The translations under genes were made by a program, and so were the position numbers. From assembly GCA_040752075.1 (NCBI GenBank), contig JBFMFQ010000002.1, positions 1 through 56,871 on the forward strand: a stretch of 56,871 nucleotides of DNA. The letters run 5' to 3'. This stretch comes from Candidatus Zixiibacteriota bacterium. Its GTDB lineage: Bacteria; Zixibacteria; MSB-5A5; WJJR01. Positions 34,129 to 43,596 of the stretch are shown piece after piece (positions within the stretch are counted from its first letter, which is position 1; each line of letters opens with the position of its first letter). The notes beneath the pieces were generated by a model, which saw only the letters and a program-made list of their open reading frames with translations, had not been told where the DNA came from and did no database searches.

Positions 34129-34890
34129 TCATGGAACTGGCGGCTTGGGGCGAACATGCGGTATGCGGCGTGTGCCCGAACGGATGAGGCGATAGACTTC
34201 GCGCACAACCCCGGAGGCCACGTAGATCAGGATCAACGGGAAGAGTGTTTTGGATAGATCGATCGCGACCGCGATCACTCCGACGAAGATAAAGACGAAC
34301 TTCAGGCGATCCTTGGGGTTGCGCCAGGAGGTCGGCTTGTTTTCATAGGCGATGCTCGAGACCATCAATCCCGAAGACAGGAAGATCATCACGACCAGCA
34401 TGCGCACATAACGCATTTCCCCCCAGAGCTCGGTGCTGAACATCGTGTACGAAATGAGAAGCGCGGCGGCGGCCGGTATCGGCAGACCTTCGAAGGTCGA
34501 GCGCGCGGCGGACTTGGCGGAGAGGTTGTAGCGCGCCAGGCGAAACGCGCCGCACATGACGAAGACAAACGCCAGCATCCATCCCCACTTGCCGAGTCCG
34601 CGCAACTGCACGCTGTACATCAGGACAGCCGGCGCGAGGCCAAAGGTGACCAGATCGGCAAGGGAGTCGAGTTCCACACCGAAACGGCTCGCCGCGTTGG
34701 AAACCCGTGCGACGAACCCGTCCAGACCATCGAGGAAGAACCCCAACAGCACAAACCGGCAGGCGTGCCCGACCTCGCCCTCGATGGCGGAAATGATCGA
34801 CAGGAACCCGCAAAAGAGGTTCCCCATGGTGAACGCCCCCGGAAAAATCCCGCGGAAGTTGCTCACCGCTGTTCCATCCCTCTCAATCAT
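34129..34890 (-). CDS. pssA: CDP-diacylglycerol--serine O-phosphatidyltransferase
   Basis: CDP-alcohol phosphatidyltransferase motif DGLDGFVARVSNAASRFGVELDSLADLV. Start at MIERDG (34890) gives an ATGATTGA overlap with the psd stop. The ORF track start 35085 would run through psd. Confidence 0.85.
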   Translation of the reverse strand: MIERDGTAVSNFRGIFPGAFTMGNLFCGFLSIISAIEGEVGHACRFVLLGFFLDGLDGFVARVSNAASRFGVELDSLADLVTFGLAPAVLMYSVQLRGLGKWGWMLAFVFVMCGAFRLARYNLSAKSAARSTFEGLPIPAAAALLISYTMFSTELWGEMRYVRMLVVMIFLSSGLMVSSIAYENKPTSWRNPKDRLKFVFIFVGVIAVAIDLSKTLFPLILIYVASGVVREVYRLIRSGTRRIPHVRPKPPVP

Positions 34891-35515
34891 CACTTCCGTT
34901 GTAGCGCGCGATGATGGATTCACCCGCGCGCACCTTGTCGCCGACGTTGACGACCGTCTCGAATCCGGGCGGGGCAATGACCTGCATGCGGGAGCCGAAA
35001 CGGATGAGTCCAAAGCGCTCGCCCATCTGGATCTGATCACCCGGGCGCAGCCGGCAGACGATCCGGCGCGCGAGCACGCCGGCAATCTGTGAAAAGCGGA
35101 CCTCGCCGTGCGCGGTTTCCAGGGTGATGTCCTGACGTTCGTTGCTGGTCCCGGCCTCCGGTTTCATGGCGGCATGGTACTCACCCGGGCGGTGGATGCT
35201 CTCCAGGACGCGTCCCTTGGCCGGTGATCGGTTTACATGCACATTCAAAACGCTCAAGAATATGTGAATCTGGGAACGGTTGTCGGGCAGTTGCTCGACG
35301 ATGACCACCCGGCCGTCGGCGGGCGCAACCAGCGCCAAAGGATCCTCCGGGATTCGGCGCACCGGATCGCGGAAGAAGAACGCGAAGCACACGGCGGCGA
35401 GCAGTCCCGCCGCCGCGAACACCCACAGGGGTGTCCAGACCATCCAAGAGAGGACGCCGGCCACGAGGGCAAACAGGATTGCCGGTCCGACGAACAGCCA
35501 TCCATCACGCGCCAT
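34883..35515 (-). CDS. psd: Phosphatidylserine decarboxylase (short form proenzyme)
   Basis: 210 aa with an N-terminal membrane segment and a self-cleavage-type site in ...RFGLIRFGSRMQVI (the GS motif of pyruvoyl Psd enzymes). Sits beside pssA. Confidence 0.85.
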   Translation of the reverse strand: MARDGWLFVGPAILFALVAGVLSWMVWTPLWVFAAAGLLAAVCFAFFFRDPVRRIPEDPLALVAPADGRVVIVEQLPDNRSQIHIFLSVLNVHVNRSPAKGRVLESIHRPGEYHAAMKPEAGTSNERQDITLETAHGEVRFSQIAGVLARRIVCRLRPGDQIQMGERFGLIRFGSRMQVIAPPGFETVVNVGDKVRAGESIIARYNGSDD

Positions 35516-35533
35516 TCTGGCTATCCCTCCTCC

Positions 35534-36838
35534 TCAATCCCGTGTCCGGCTCTGCAGCGCGCGCTTGATGATCGCCGGGGCGCGGCGCAGGTAAAACGAC
35601 ACATCAAAGATTGCCGAGAGTTCGCCGGGCGTCATGTGTTTGCGAATCGTTGCATCCTCGCGAACCCGGGTCTCGAATGGATGATCCGGCGTTGATGCCA
35701 AAGCCAGCCGTTGCACAACCGCATACGCCTCATCGCGCGAGCCCATGCGTTCGGCCAGCGGCAACAGCAGGCGCTGCGAGTAAACGGCGCCGCCGAGACG
35801 GTCGAGATTGTCGCGCATCCGGCGGGGGTGGATCCCGAGGTTGCTGAGCACGGAGTTCAACAAATGGAGCATGTAATCCAGCGTGATAGCGGCATCGGGA
35901 ATCACCACCCGCTCGGCGGAGGAGTGGCTGATGTCGCGTTCATGCCAGAGGGCCACGTTCTCGAGTCCGGTGAGCGCATAGCCGCGCAGGACGCGCGCAA
36001 GCCCGCAAAGCCGCTCGCAGAGGATTGGGTTTTTCTTGTGAGGCATGGCGGATGAGCCGCGCTGTCCGGCGAAGAACCCTTCGGTCAATTCGCCGATCTC
36101 GGTTCGATGCAAAAGCCGGATTTCCTGCGCGATCTTCTCGATTTCGGCTCCCAGCGCGGCGATGGCAAACAGGTACTCCGCGTGCCGGTCCCGCTGGATG
36201 ATCTGGGTCGAGATCGGCGCCGGGCGGAGTTTGAGCCGCCGGCAGACGTACGACTCAACCCGCGGGTCCAGATGTGCGAAGTTGCCGACCGCCCCCGAGA
36301 TTTTGCCGACCGCCACTGTGTGAATGGCCGATTTCAGCCGCCGCCGCGCGCGCTCACAATCGGCGTACCAAAGCGCGAATTTCAACCCGAGGGAGGTCGG
36401 CTCGGCAAACACCCCATGCGTGCGTCCTGCGATCGGGGTGCGCACATGCTTGCGCGACAGTTGGGCCAGACGCTTCATGATCGGTTTGAGGCCGTCGAGG
36501 AGCAACCCGCCCGCCTTGACCATGCGCACCGACAGCGCGGTGTCGATCACATCGGAGGAGGTCAGGCCGTAGTGGAGGTATTTCTCATCCGCCCCCAGAT
36601 GCGACCCGACATCGGTGAGAAACGCGATGACATCATGCCGGGTGCGTTCCTCGATCTTTTCGATGCGCCTGGCATTGAAGCGCGCGTTGCGGCGCATCCG
36701 CGCCGGCGCGCCCTTGGGGATGATCCCCAATCGCGCCACCGCTTCGGAGGCCAGCAACTCGATTTCCAGCCAGGTCGCGAACTTGACCTCTTCGGACCAG
36801 AGCCGCCCCATCTCGGGACGAGTGTAGCGTTCAATCAT
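35534..36838 (-). CDS. purB: Adenylosuccinate lyase
   Basis: MIERYTRPEMGRLWSEEVKFATWLEIELL..., the fumarate-lyase signature region GSSAMPHKKNP, and a length of 434 aa. Confidence 0.95.
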   Translation of the reverse strand: MIERYTRPEMGRLWSEEVKFATWLEIELLASEAVARLGIIPKGAPARMRRNARFNARRIEKIEERTRHDVIAFLTDVGSHLGADEKYLHYGLTSSDVIDTALSVRMVKAGGLLLDGLKPIMKRLAQLSRKHVRTPIAGRTHGVFAEPTSLGLKFALWYADCERARRRLKSAIHTVAVGKISGAVGNFAHLDPRVESYVCRRLKLRPAPISTQIIQRDRHAEYLFAIAALGAEIEKIAQEIRLLHRTEIGELTEGFFAGQRGSSAMPHKKNPILCERLCGLARVLRGYALTGLENVALWHERDISHSSAERVVIPDAAITLDYMLHLLNSVLSNLGIHPRRMRDNLDRLGGAVYSQRLLLPLAERMGSRDEAYAVVQRLALASTPDHPFETRVREDATIRKHMTPGELSAIFDVSFYLRRAPAIIKRALQSRTRD

Positions 36839-36857
36839 CGGCGCACCCGTCCGTCGA

Positions 36858-37505
36858 TCACTGCGGGACCTTCTGCCAGTCGCTGTTGAAACGCGCGTTT
36901 CCGAGGTCGGTCAAAGGATGCTTGACCACCGCCTCGAGGACCTTAAACGGCATCGTGCAGGCATCCGCGCCGAGCAGGGCCGCATCGACCACGTGGAGCG
37001 GACTGCGGATTGAGGCGGCCAGGACCTCGGATTCGAGCGCGTAGTTGTCAAAGATGGTGACAATCTGCCCGATCAGGTCCATGCCGGTGTGCCCGATGTC
37101 GTCAAGGCGCCCCAGGAAGGGCGACACGTAGGAGGCGCCCGCCTTGGCGGCCAGCAGGGCCTGTGTCGCATTGAAGATCAGTGTGCAATTGGTATTGATC
37201 TCCTGGTCGTGGAGGATGCGGATGGCCTTGAGTCCCTCGATGGTCATCGGAATCTTAACCAGGATGTTCGGGGCGATTTTCGAGAGCCGCACACCCTGGG
37301 TCACCATGTCCTCGGAGGCCTCGGCAACGACTTCCGCCGACACCGGCCCGCTGGTGATCTTGACGATTTCGTTTAAGAGGTCTTCGAACCGCTTCCCCTT
37401 TTCCTTGGAGACCAACGACGGGTTCGTTGTTACGCCGTCGAGCACACCCCAAGACGCCGCCTCGCGTATCTCATCTACACTTGCCGTGTCCAGAAAGATT
37501 TTCAC
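36858..37505 (-). CDS. tal: Transaldolase / fructose-6-phosphate aldolase (short TalC/FSA type)
   Basis: (M)[30 protein letters not shown]... and the Schiff-base Lys region ILVKIPMT. The GTG at 37505 has AGGAG 6-7 nt upstream and gives the usual 215 aa. The ORF track ATG is at 37538. Confidence 0.9.
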   Translation of the reverse strand: MKIFLDTASVDEIREAASWGVLDGVTTNPSLVSKEKGKRFEDLLNEIVKITSGPVSAEVVAEASEDMVTQGVRLSKIAPNILVKIPMTIEGLKAIRILHDQEINTNCTLIFNATQALLAAKAGASYVSPFLGRLDDIGHTGMDLIGQIVTIFDNYALESEVLAASIRSPLHVVDAALLGADACTMPFKVLEAVVKHPLTDLGNARFNSDWQKVPQ

Positions 37506-37570
37506 ACCGTTCTCCTCTCGGATGTCGATCCATGTCAATCAACTAAGAAACGGATCGCGGCCTGCTCAAT

Positions 37571-38347
37571 TCAACCGAAATTGTCCCCCGGCGGGAACGC
37601 GGGCGGGTACTCGACCGCAATCAATGTCAGCCCGTGCGGCGGGGCGGCATTGCCGCAGAGTGTCACGTCGCGCCGCTCGATGATTTCCTGCATCAATCCC
37701 ACCGGGCTTCCACCCCGTGCAATCTGTACCATGGTTCCGACCAAGAGCCGAACCATCTCATGGAGAAACCGGTCGGCGGTGATCCGGAACCGGTATTCGG
37801 CTCCGAGACTCTCCCATGACGAAAGAGTCACCCGGCAGGTATTGTTTTCGCGCAGGGATCCCGCACGGCAAAACCCCGAGAAATCATGCCGGCCGAGGAC
37901 CGTGGCGGCCGCCGCCTGCGCGGTCCGGAGATCGAAGGGACGCGGCGCGTGCCAGACCCGATCTCGGTCAAAAGGGGACTTCTCTGTCGCCAGCCGGTAT
38001 TCGTAGGTCTTGCGCAGTGCGCTGTAACGGGCATGGAAATCGGGAGGCGCCGGGCCGAGCGCCAACGCGGCCATGTCATCCGGGAGCGCCGCCTTTAGTC
38101 GATCCAACAGGATGTCACACTCCAGCGTCGCTTCGCAGTCAAAGTGTGCGACCATTTGCTCGGCATGAACTCCCGCGTCGGTACGCCCGGCGCCGGTCAC
38201 CGCCAGCGGTTCCGCCACCCCCACCAGCCGGGCCAGCCAGAGCTCCAGTTCACCCTGCACAGTGCGCGGGCCCGGCTGCTTCTGCCAGCCGTGGAAGCCG
38301 CCGCCGTGATAGGCAATGTCCAGCCGATAACGCAAAGAATCACCCAC
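37571..38347 (-). CDS. truA: tRNA pseudouridine(38-40) synthase
   Basis: YRLDIAYHGGGFHGWQKQPG...TVQGELE...GAGRTDAGVHA contains the catalytic Asp motif. Confidence 0.9.
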   Translation of the reverse strand: MGDSLRYRLDIAYHGGGFHGWQKQPGPRTVQGELELWLARLVGVAEPLAVTGAGRTDAGVHAEQMVAHFDCEATLECDILLDRLKAALPDDMAALALGPAPPDFHARYSALRKTYEYRLATEKSPFDRDRVWHAPRPFDLRTAQAAAATVLGRHDFSGFCRAGSLRENNTCRVTLSSWESLGAEYRFRITADRFLHEMVRLLVGTMVQIARGGSPVGLMQEIIERRDVTLCGNAAPPHGLTLIAVEYPPAFPPGDNFG

Positions 38348-39221
38348 CCGAAACCAGATTGGAGCCCCCCGTGCTCAAGATCAGCCAGACAATCCACCCG
38401 GCCGCCAACGCGATCAGCAACAGGAAGTCCGGAGGTGCAAATCGAAGGTCGCTTACCGAAGCGGGAATGCGATCCGGATCGAATCCCCTGGTCGCCAAGG
38501 CCAGCGAGAGGCGCTCGGACCGACGGATTGCTGAGGCAAACGCCGGGACGATCAAGGATAACGATGCCCGGACCCGGCGCGGGAGTGACCCCTCAAAGCG
38601 GATCCCCCGCGACTTTTGCCCCAACCTGATCGTGCGCAGTTCCTCGGCAATCAGCGGCGCCATGCGCGTGGTGAAGAACACCAGGTGGTAGAGTGTCTGG
38701 ACTTTGACACCAACCGCCCGTAGCGGCAAAAGCAATCTGGTAATGCCCGCGGCGAGGCCCGAGGGGCTGGTCAGGTCTGTCAGGAGACCCGCAAGCACCA
38801 CAAACCCCAAAAGACGCAGCGCGAGATGAATCCCAGTGTCAACTGCCCGATCCGTGATAATGAGTCCACCGATGTCGGCGATGGCATTGCCCGGCTCGCG
38901 CGCAAACAGGACATACAGGATCAGCACAATCAGCGCCATCGGCATCGCCCAGCGGAGGCGGCGGAAGATTGTCCGGTATCCGGAAACGTGCCGGCGGGCG
39001 ATCCCCCCCAGGATGACCGAAACGACCAGCCAAGTCCCAGCGGCGAAGATTGACCTTGTGGAGGTCAACCAGGCCGCGATCGAAAGAAAGCCTATCAGGA
39101 GGACCCGTGGATCGAGATGCACCGCACCCACTTCGGGTGGCGCCTTGACGGAAACGTCGGGGGCTGATGGCCTCGAATTGGGGGTGGAGATCTCTGCCAT
39201 GGCGATGAGGTCCGGATTCAT
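38340..39221 (-). CDS. ecfT: Energy-coupling factor transporter transmembrane subunit (EcfT/CbiQ family)
   Basis: Polytopic protein with the conserved C-terminal region LIAEELRTIRLGQKSRG...ASLSLIVPAFASAIRRSERLSLALATRGF. 8-nt overlap with truA. Start at MNPDL (39221). The ORF track start 39506 would overlap the divergent gene. Confidence 0.75.
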   Translation of the reverse strand: MNPDLIAMAEISTPNSRPSAPDVSVKAPPEVGAVHLDPRVLLIGFLSIAAWLTSTRSIFAAGTWLVVSVILGGIARRHVSGYRTIFRRLRWAMPMALIVLILYVLFAREPGNAIADIGGLIITDRAVDTGIHLALRLLGFVVLAGLLTDLTSPSGLAAGITRLLLPLRAVGVKVQTLYHLVFFTTRMAPLIAEELRTIRLGQKSRGIRFEGSLPRRVRASLSLIVPAFASAIRRSERLSLALATRGFDPDRIPASVSDLRFAPPDFLLLIALAAGWIVWLILSTGGSNLVSGG

Positions 39222-39247
39222 AAATGCCCGGCCCGTCGGGGAGGGGA

Positions 39248-39277
39248 TTGCCACCGTCGGACCCGGGGGTCTATAAT
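39248..39277 (+). promoter_or_regulatory. Sigma70-type promoter with the -10 placed 7 nt from the ATG (leaderless geometry)
   Basis: TTGCCA (39248-39253), an 18-nt spacer, TATAAT (39272-39277), ACGCACC, then ATG (39285). Confidence 0.45.
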
Positions 39278-39284
39278 ACGCACC

Positions 39285-41537
39285 ATGACAGGCGCACACC
39301 AACGGGGAGAACACGAACATGGACCGGGGCAACACACCGTCTCCGGAGCCCGGCCCCGGCTTGAACATGACTTTCGATTTGGGACGGACCGCTGGCCGCT
39401 GATCGTGGTCTTTGCCATCGCGCTGTTTGCGCGGCTTTTGGTCAACTGGGAACTTTTCCGCAACAACCCGGGCTTCTACTACCCCGATGTCGATTCCGCA
39501 TGGCATTATCAGTGGGCGCAGGAGATCGCAAGGGGCAACTGGCTGGGCGAGGGAGTCTTTTATCGGGCGCCGCTCTACCCTTATCTCCTCGGCCTCTGGA
39601 TGACCGTGTTCGGCGAGGGGATGTGGCCGATTCGAATCATCCAGGCGATCATAGGCTCATCGACGGCGATCCTGATCACGCTGGTCGCGTGGCGCGTGTT
39701 CGGACGGCGTGCGGGAATTCTGTCGGGGATCATCTGGGCGCTCTGGGGGCCGGTGATCTACTACGAGTCGGAGTTCCTGCTGGAGCCGATGACCCTGCCG
39801 CTCAACCTGATGGCCCTCTGGTTGGCGCTGGGCGAACTCAAACGGGATCGTCTTCGGTTGCGCCCTTGGCTTGCCGTCGGGCTTCTGCTTGGCATCTCAG
39901 CCATTGCGCGCCCGAACATACTGATCACGGTTCCGGTGTTTCTCGCCATGGGCTGGATGGCGGCACGCCGCCGGCCCGGCGTGGATGGGTCCTGGTGGCC
40001 GCCGGTCCGCCCGGCCCTTGCGCTCCTGCTTGGACTGATGATCCCCATCCTGCCGGTAACCATCCGCAATGCCGTGGTCGGCGGGGACCCCGTTCTGATC
40101 GCCTACCAGGGCGGTGTCAACCTCTGGATCGGCAACAACCCGGTGGCGGATGGTCTGACCATGATGATCCCCGAGATCAGCCTGGATGCGACCAAGGGAT
40201 GGGATGAATTCGTCGGGCTGACCGACTCGATCGCGGTGTCGGAGGCAGGGCGTCCGCTCACACCCTCGGAGATTTCCTCGCACTGGACCGGCAAGGCGCT
40301 CGATTACATCCTTGCGAATCCGGGTGAGGCGATCGGGCGCTGGGCCACCAAGACGTATTACCTGCTGAATGGATTCGAAGTCGGAGATCAGACCGACATC
40401 TATGCCTTTCGGCGGTTTTCGCCCACGCTGACCGCACTCATCTGGAAATTCGGCATCTACTTCCCATTCGGGCTGGTCGGGCCGCTGGCGCTGGTCGCCA
40501 TGGTTTGGGCTTGGGTCGCCGTTCGTTCATCGCGGTGGCTGACCTTGTTCGCGTTGTTCTATGCGCCGTCGATCATCGGCTTTCTGGCGACCGCACGGCA
40601 CCGGTTGCCGTTGCTTCCCATCGCTGTGATTCTGGCCTCCGGTTTGGTGTGGCAATTGTGGACATGGCGCCGCGCACGCCGTTGGAAGCCCCTGCTGGTG
40701 TGTATTGCCGCTGCCTTGGCGTTGGGTGTGGCGCTCAATCAATCGAGCGTCGAACAGATGATGCGGGACCCCGGGTTCACGCTGTACCAGGAAGCCTTGA
40801 TGCACGACCGTCAGGGGAACTACAAGGAAGCGATCCGGCTGTATGGCGAGGCCCTCAACAAGCAGCCGATGCTTTTAGCGGCAAGACGCAATCTGGCTCT
40901 CGCGCTGGTCAGGGATAAACAGTGGGATCTCGCCGTCGCCGTTTCATTCGCATACCTCCGGTACCAGCAAGAGGACGCCGAGGCGTACAACAATCTCGGA
41001 TTGGCTTACCTGGGGCAGGGCGATACGAGCAAAGCCATGGGCTCCTTCCGCACCGCGGCGCGTTACGGCGCAAACCTCGCGCAGCCACACCTCAACCTTG
41101 GCGACATTGCGCTGGCGCGCGGAGACGCCGTGTCGGCGGTCTACGCCTACCGTACCGCGATCGATGCGGACTCGACCTTTGGCCCGGCGTACAATGCCCT
41201 CGGGCTCCTGTATGCCCACGCTGGCATGCCCGACAGCGCGGTGGCCGTTCTTGAGCGCTGCACACAGCGCAACCCCCTGTATCCCAGCGCCTGGTCGAAT
41301 CTCGGGAATGTGCTTGTTGAAGCCGGACGACTGGAGGAAGCCATCCCCCCGATGAAGCGGGCCGTCGAACTCAACCCGAACACACCCATCATCCGCTACA
41401 ATCTCGCCGTCGCGTACTGGAAACTCGGCCGGATTGACGCGGCGAAGCTCGAGGTTTCGGAAATTCTCGCAAGGGACCCCGCGAATGAGCCCGCGCGCCA
41501 ATTGCGGGACGTGATCGATAAGTCACAGATTCCTTGA
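39285..41537 (+). CDS. GT-C (ArnT/PMT-like, family 39/83-type) membrane glycosyltransferase fused to C-terminal TPR repeats
   Basis: About 11 hydrophobic segments. An acidic first-loop motif (YYPDVDSAWHYQWAQEIARGNWLGEGVFYRAPLYPY). C-terminal TPRs (EAIRLYGEALNKQP, AYNNLGLAYLGQGD, AYNALGLLYAHAGM, AWSNLGNVLVEAGR, and others). Confidence 0.8.
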   Translation: MTGAHQRGEHEHGPGQHTVSGARPRLEHDFRFGTDRWPLIVVFAIALFARLLVNWELFRNNPGFYYPDVDSAWHYQWAQEIARGNWLGEGVFYRAPLYPYLLGLWMTVFGEGMWPIRIIQAIIGSSTAILITLVAWRVFGRRAGILSGIIWALWGPVIYYESEFLLEPMTLPLNLMALWLALGELKRDRLRLRPWLAVGLLLGISAIARPNILITVPVFLAMGWMAARRRPGVDGSWWPPVRPALALLLGLMIPILPVTIRNAVVGGDPVLIAYQGGVNLWIGNNPVADGLTMMIPEISLDATKGWDEFVGLTDSIAVSEAGRPLTPSEISSHWTGKALDYILANPGEAIGRWATKTYYLLNGFEVGDQTDIYAFRRFSPTLTALIWKFGIYFPFGLVGPLALVAMVWAWVAVRSSRWLTLFALFYAPSIIGFLATARHRLPLLPIAVILASGLVWQLWTWRRARRWKPLLVCIAAALALGVALNQSSVEQMMRDPGFTLYQEALMHDRQGNYKEAIRLYGEALNKQPMLLAARRNLALALVRDKQWDLAVAVSFAYLRYQQEDAEAYNNLGLAYLGQGDTSKAMGSFRTAARYGANLAQPHLNLGDIALARGDAVSAVYAYRTAIDADSTFGPAYNALGLLYAHAGMPDSAVAVLERCTQRNPLYPSAWSNLGNVLVEAGRLEEAIPPMKRAVELNPNTPIIRYNLAVAYWKLGRIDAAKLEVSEILARDPANEPARQLRDVIDKSQIP

Positions 41538-41554
41538 GACAGTGGATGGGCTGA

Positions 41555-42481
41555 TCAGTACTTGCTGCGCCGTTCGATGACATAGTTCGAGCCGGGGAGT
41601 GTCTTGGCGTATTTCTTGAGGTCGGCCACCATGTGGGAAATCTCGCCCACGTGCTGGAAGGTGTCGCCATGGTTGATCACCACGGCGATCGACAGTCCCA
41701 TGAGCGGGTAGGTCTCCGGAACACTGCGCCGGTTGGTGGAGATGATGTAGCCGTTGCGCCGGTCGCGCGGATCGTAACAATCGCCGATCTCCGCATCGAA
41801 GCGCTGGAGGATCGCGCGGCAGATGCGCTCCGCCTTCGAGGGATGAACCACGAACACGAAGTCATCGCCGCCAATGTGCCCGACAAATCCATCCACTTGG
41901 TGCTCAAAGACGGCATCGCGGATGACGCGTGCGGTGAGCTTGATCACCCGGTCCCCATAGAAGTAGCCGTAGTAGTCATTGTACGCCTTGAAATCATCCA
42001 AGTCGGCGTAGCACACGGAGAAATGCTCGTGACGGCGAATCTTCTCGCGCAGGACGTGCTCGATCGACATCGGGCCCGGCAGACGGCTCGAGGGGTTGAC
42101 ATCGAGATCGCGGTGGCTGCGACGGATGGCCAGCCGGAGACGCGCGCGGGCGGCGGGATCATCCGGCGAGCCGATCACCAGTTCGTCAACGGGGGAGCTG
42201 AGGATGCGGCCGGCGGTCTCCGAAGCCGCATCCGGATGCCAGAGCACAACGGGAACAACCATCAATGCGGGGACCGTCTTGGCGCGCTTGCCCAAGGCGA
42301 GTTCACGCTTGATTGAGGAATTGCACGGGATGACGACGGCGTCGAGAATCGTGGTCCGCGCAATCGCAACGAGATCCTGAAAACTGTTGAACGGAAAGAG
42401 AACGGGCTGATACCCTTTCAGGGTCTCCTCCAGCACCGTCCCCCACTGTTTTCCGAGCCCATCCCAGAACGCGCAGTTCAT
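41555..42481 (-). CDS. GGDEF-domain protein (GGDDF variant) with an N-terminal receiver-like domain
   Basis: FSVCYADLDDFKAYNDYYGYFYGDRVIKLTA...FVGHIGGDDFVFVV, with GGDDF encoded at 41858-41872. The N-terminal roughly 120 aa have an alternating beta/alpha receiver-like pattern but lack the usual acidic pair. Confidence 0.8.
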   Translation of the reverse strand: MNCAFWDGLGKQWGTVLEETLKGYQPVLFPFNSFQDLVAIARTTILDAVVIPCNSSIKRELALGKRAKTVPALMVVPVVLWHPDAASETAGRILSSPVDELVIGSPDDPAARARLRLAIRRSHRDLDVNPSSRLPGPMSIEHVLREKIRRHEHFSVCYADLDDFKAYNDYYGYFYGDRVIKLTARVIRDAVFEHQVDGFVGHIGGDDFVFVVHPSKAERICRAILQRFDAEIGDCYDPRDRRNGYIISTNRRSVPETYPLMGLSIAVVINHGDTFQHVGEISHMVADLKKYAKTLPGSNYVIERRSKY

Positions 42482-42593
42482 TCCCTCTACCCCGCAAGCA
42501 CCAGTGGGAGCAACCCCATACCGAGCGCGATCCAGTCCCGGGGCCTAAGCCCCTGCCCCTTACTCGTCTAGTCGGTACAATGGGCGCTTGAAA

Positions 42594-43568
42594 TTACGCC
42601 CGGTCCGGGGGCGTGCCTGGTCCGCTTTCCAGAGGATGATGCCGCCGATGGACTTCGGCGAGTCTGGCGCGATCCAAATGGGTGTAGATTTGGGTGGTGG
42701 ACACCGACTGGTGACCGAGCATGACCTGGACCGAACGCAGGTCGGCTCCGCCCAGCAGGAGATGCGTGGCAAAGGAGTGACGAAAGGTGTGCGGGTGGAC
42801 CTTGCGTTCGAGGCCGGCGAGACGGGCCGCTTTACGCACGATGGTCCACACACTCATCCGTGAGAGCGGCCGCCCCAGACGATTGAGAAAGACCTGATCC
42901 GGTGTGCGGCTCAAGCGCGTGTCAAGACGGGGACCATCGATGTACTTTGTCAACGGCGCCGCGGTGGCCGGTCCGAACGGAACGAGTCGTTCCCGGTTGC
43001 CCTTGCCGCGCACACGCACAAAGCCTTCATCGAAATCGACATCACCGAGAAGCAGCCCTGATACCTCCGAGGCACGCAAACCGCACCCGTATAGCACTGC
43101 GAGCAAGGCCCGGTCTCGCAGCCCATCGGGATCCGACTCCTTGACGGCGGTCAGGAGTTTGCGAACATGGGCGACCGAGAGCACCCCCGGGAGCTTGCGA
43201 GGCAGCCGCGGCGTTTTGATTGAGCGGGCGGGGTTGGACGGTGTGACCTCATCCCAGACCAGAAACCGGTGGAACCCCTTCACGGCCGACAGGGCGCGCG
43301 CCATGGACGCCGGTGACAGTCCGGCGGTCGTGAGTCCCGCCACGAATTCGCCCACCGTCTGAGAGTCTACCTTGTCCGGTTCTGTAATCCCCCGTGATGT
43401 GCAAAACGCGATGTAGGACGCAAGATCGCGCTGGTAGGCAAGCAGCGTATTGGCAGACCGCCCGGCACTTAGTGCGAGGTGGTCGAGGTAGCGCGCCACA
43501 TGGCGCGAAACGGCGGTCTCTGCAGGTCGTCGCCGTGATGTTGGCAATTGGCTGGCCCTTCCAGGCAT
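42594..43568 (-). CDS. xerD: Tyrosine recombinase XerC/XerD family
   Basis: YLDHLALSAGRSANTLLAYQRDL; LYGCGLRASEVSGLLLGDVD...VRVRGKGNRERLVPFG; HPHTFRHSFATHLLLGGADLRSVQVMLGHQSVSTTQIYTHL (R..HxxR..Y catalytic set). An alternative ATG at 43610 overlaps comF. The ORF track start is 43751. Confidence 0.85.
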   Translation of the reverse strand: MPGRASQLPTSRRRPAETAVSRHVARYLDHLALSAGRSANTLLAYQRDLASYIAFCTSRGITEPDKVDSQTVGEFVAGLTTAGLSPASMARALSAVKGFHRFLVWDEVTPSNPARSIKTPRLPRKLPGVLSVAHVRKLLTAVKESDPDGLRDRALLAVLYGCGLRASEVSGLLLGDVDFDEGFVRVRGKGNRERLVPFGPATAAPLTKYIDGPRLDTRLSRTPDQVFLNRLGRPLSRMSVWTIVRKAARLAGLERKVHPHTFRHSFATHLLLGGADLRSVQVMLGHQSVSTTQIYTHLDRARLAEVHRRHHPLESGPGTPPDRA

Positions 43569-43596
43569 TAGAGCACTCAGGCGGTCAGACCGTTTC

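Noticed and set aside
34891-35085. N-terminal extension of pssA overlapping psd by about 200 nt
   Set aside because: The extension is Ser/Arg/Ala-rich and overlaps the conserved psd C-terminus. The ATG at 34890 gives the usual ATGATTGA-type overlap and a normal PssA N-terminus.
37816-38691. 291-aa plus-strand ORF
   Set aside because: It is antisense to truA and ecfT. It is extremely Arg/Pro/Ala-rich, a high-GC shadow ORF.
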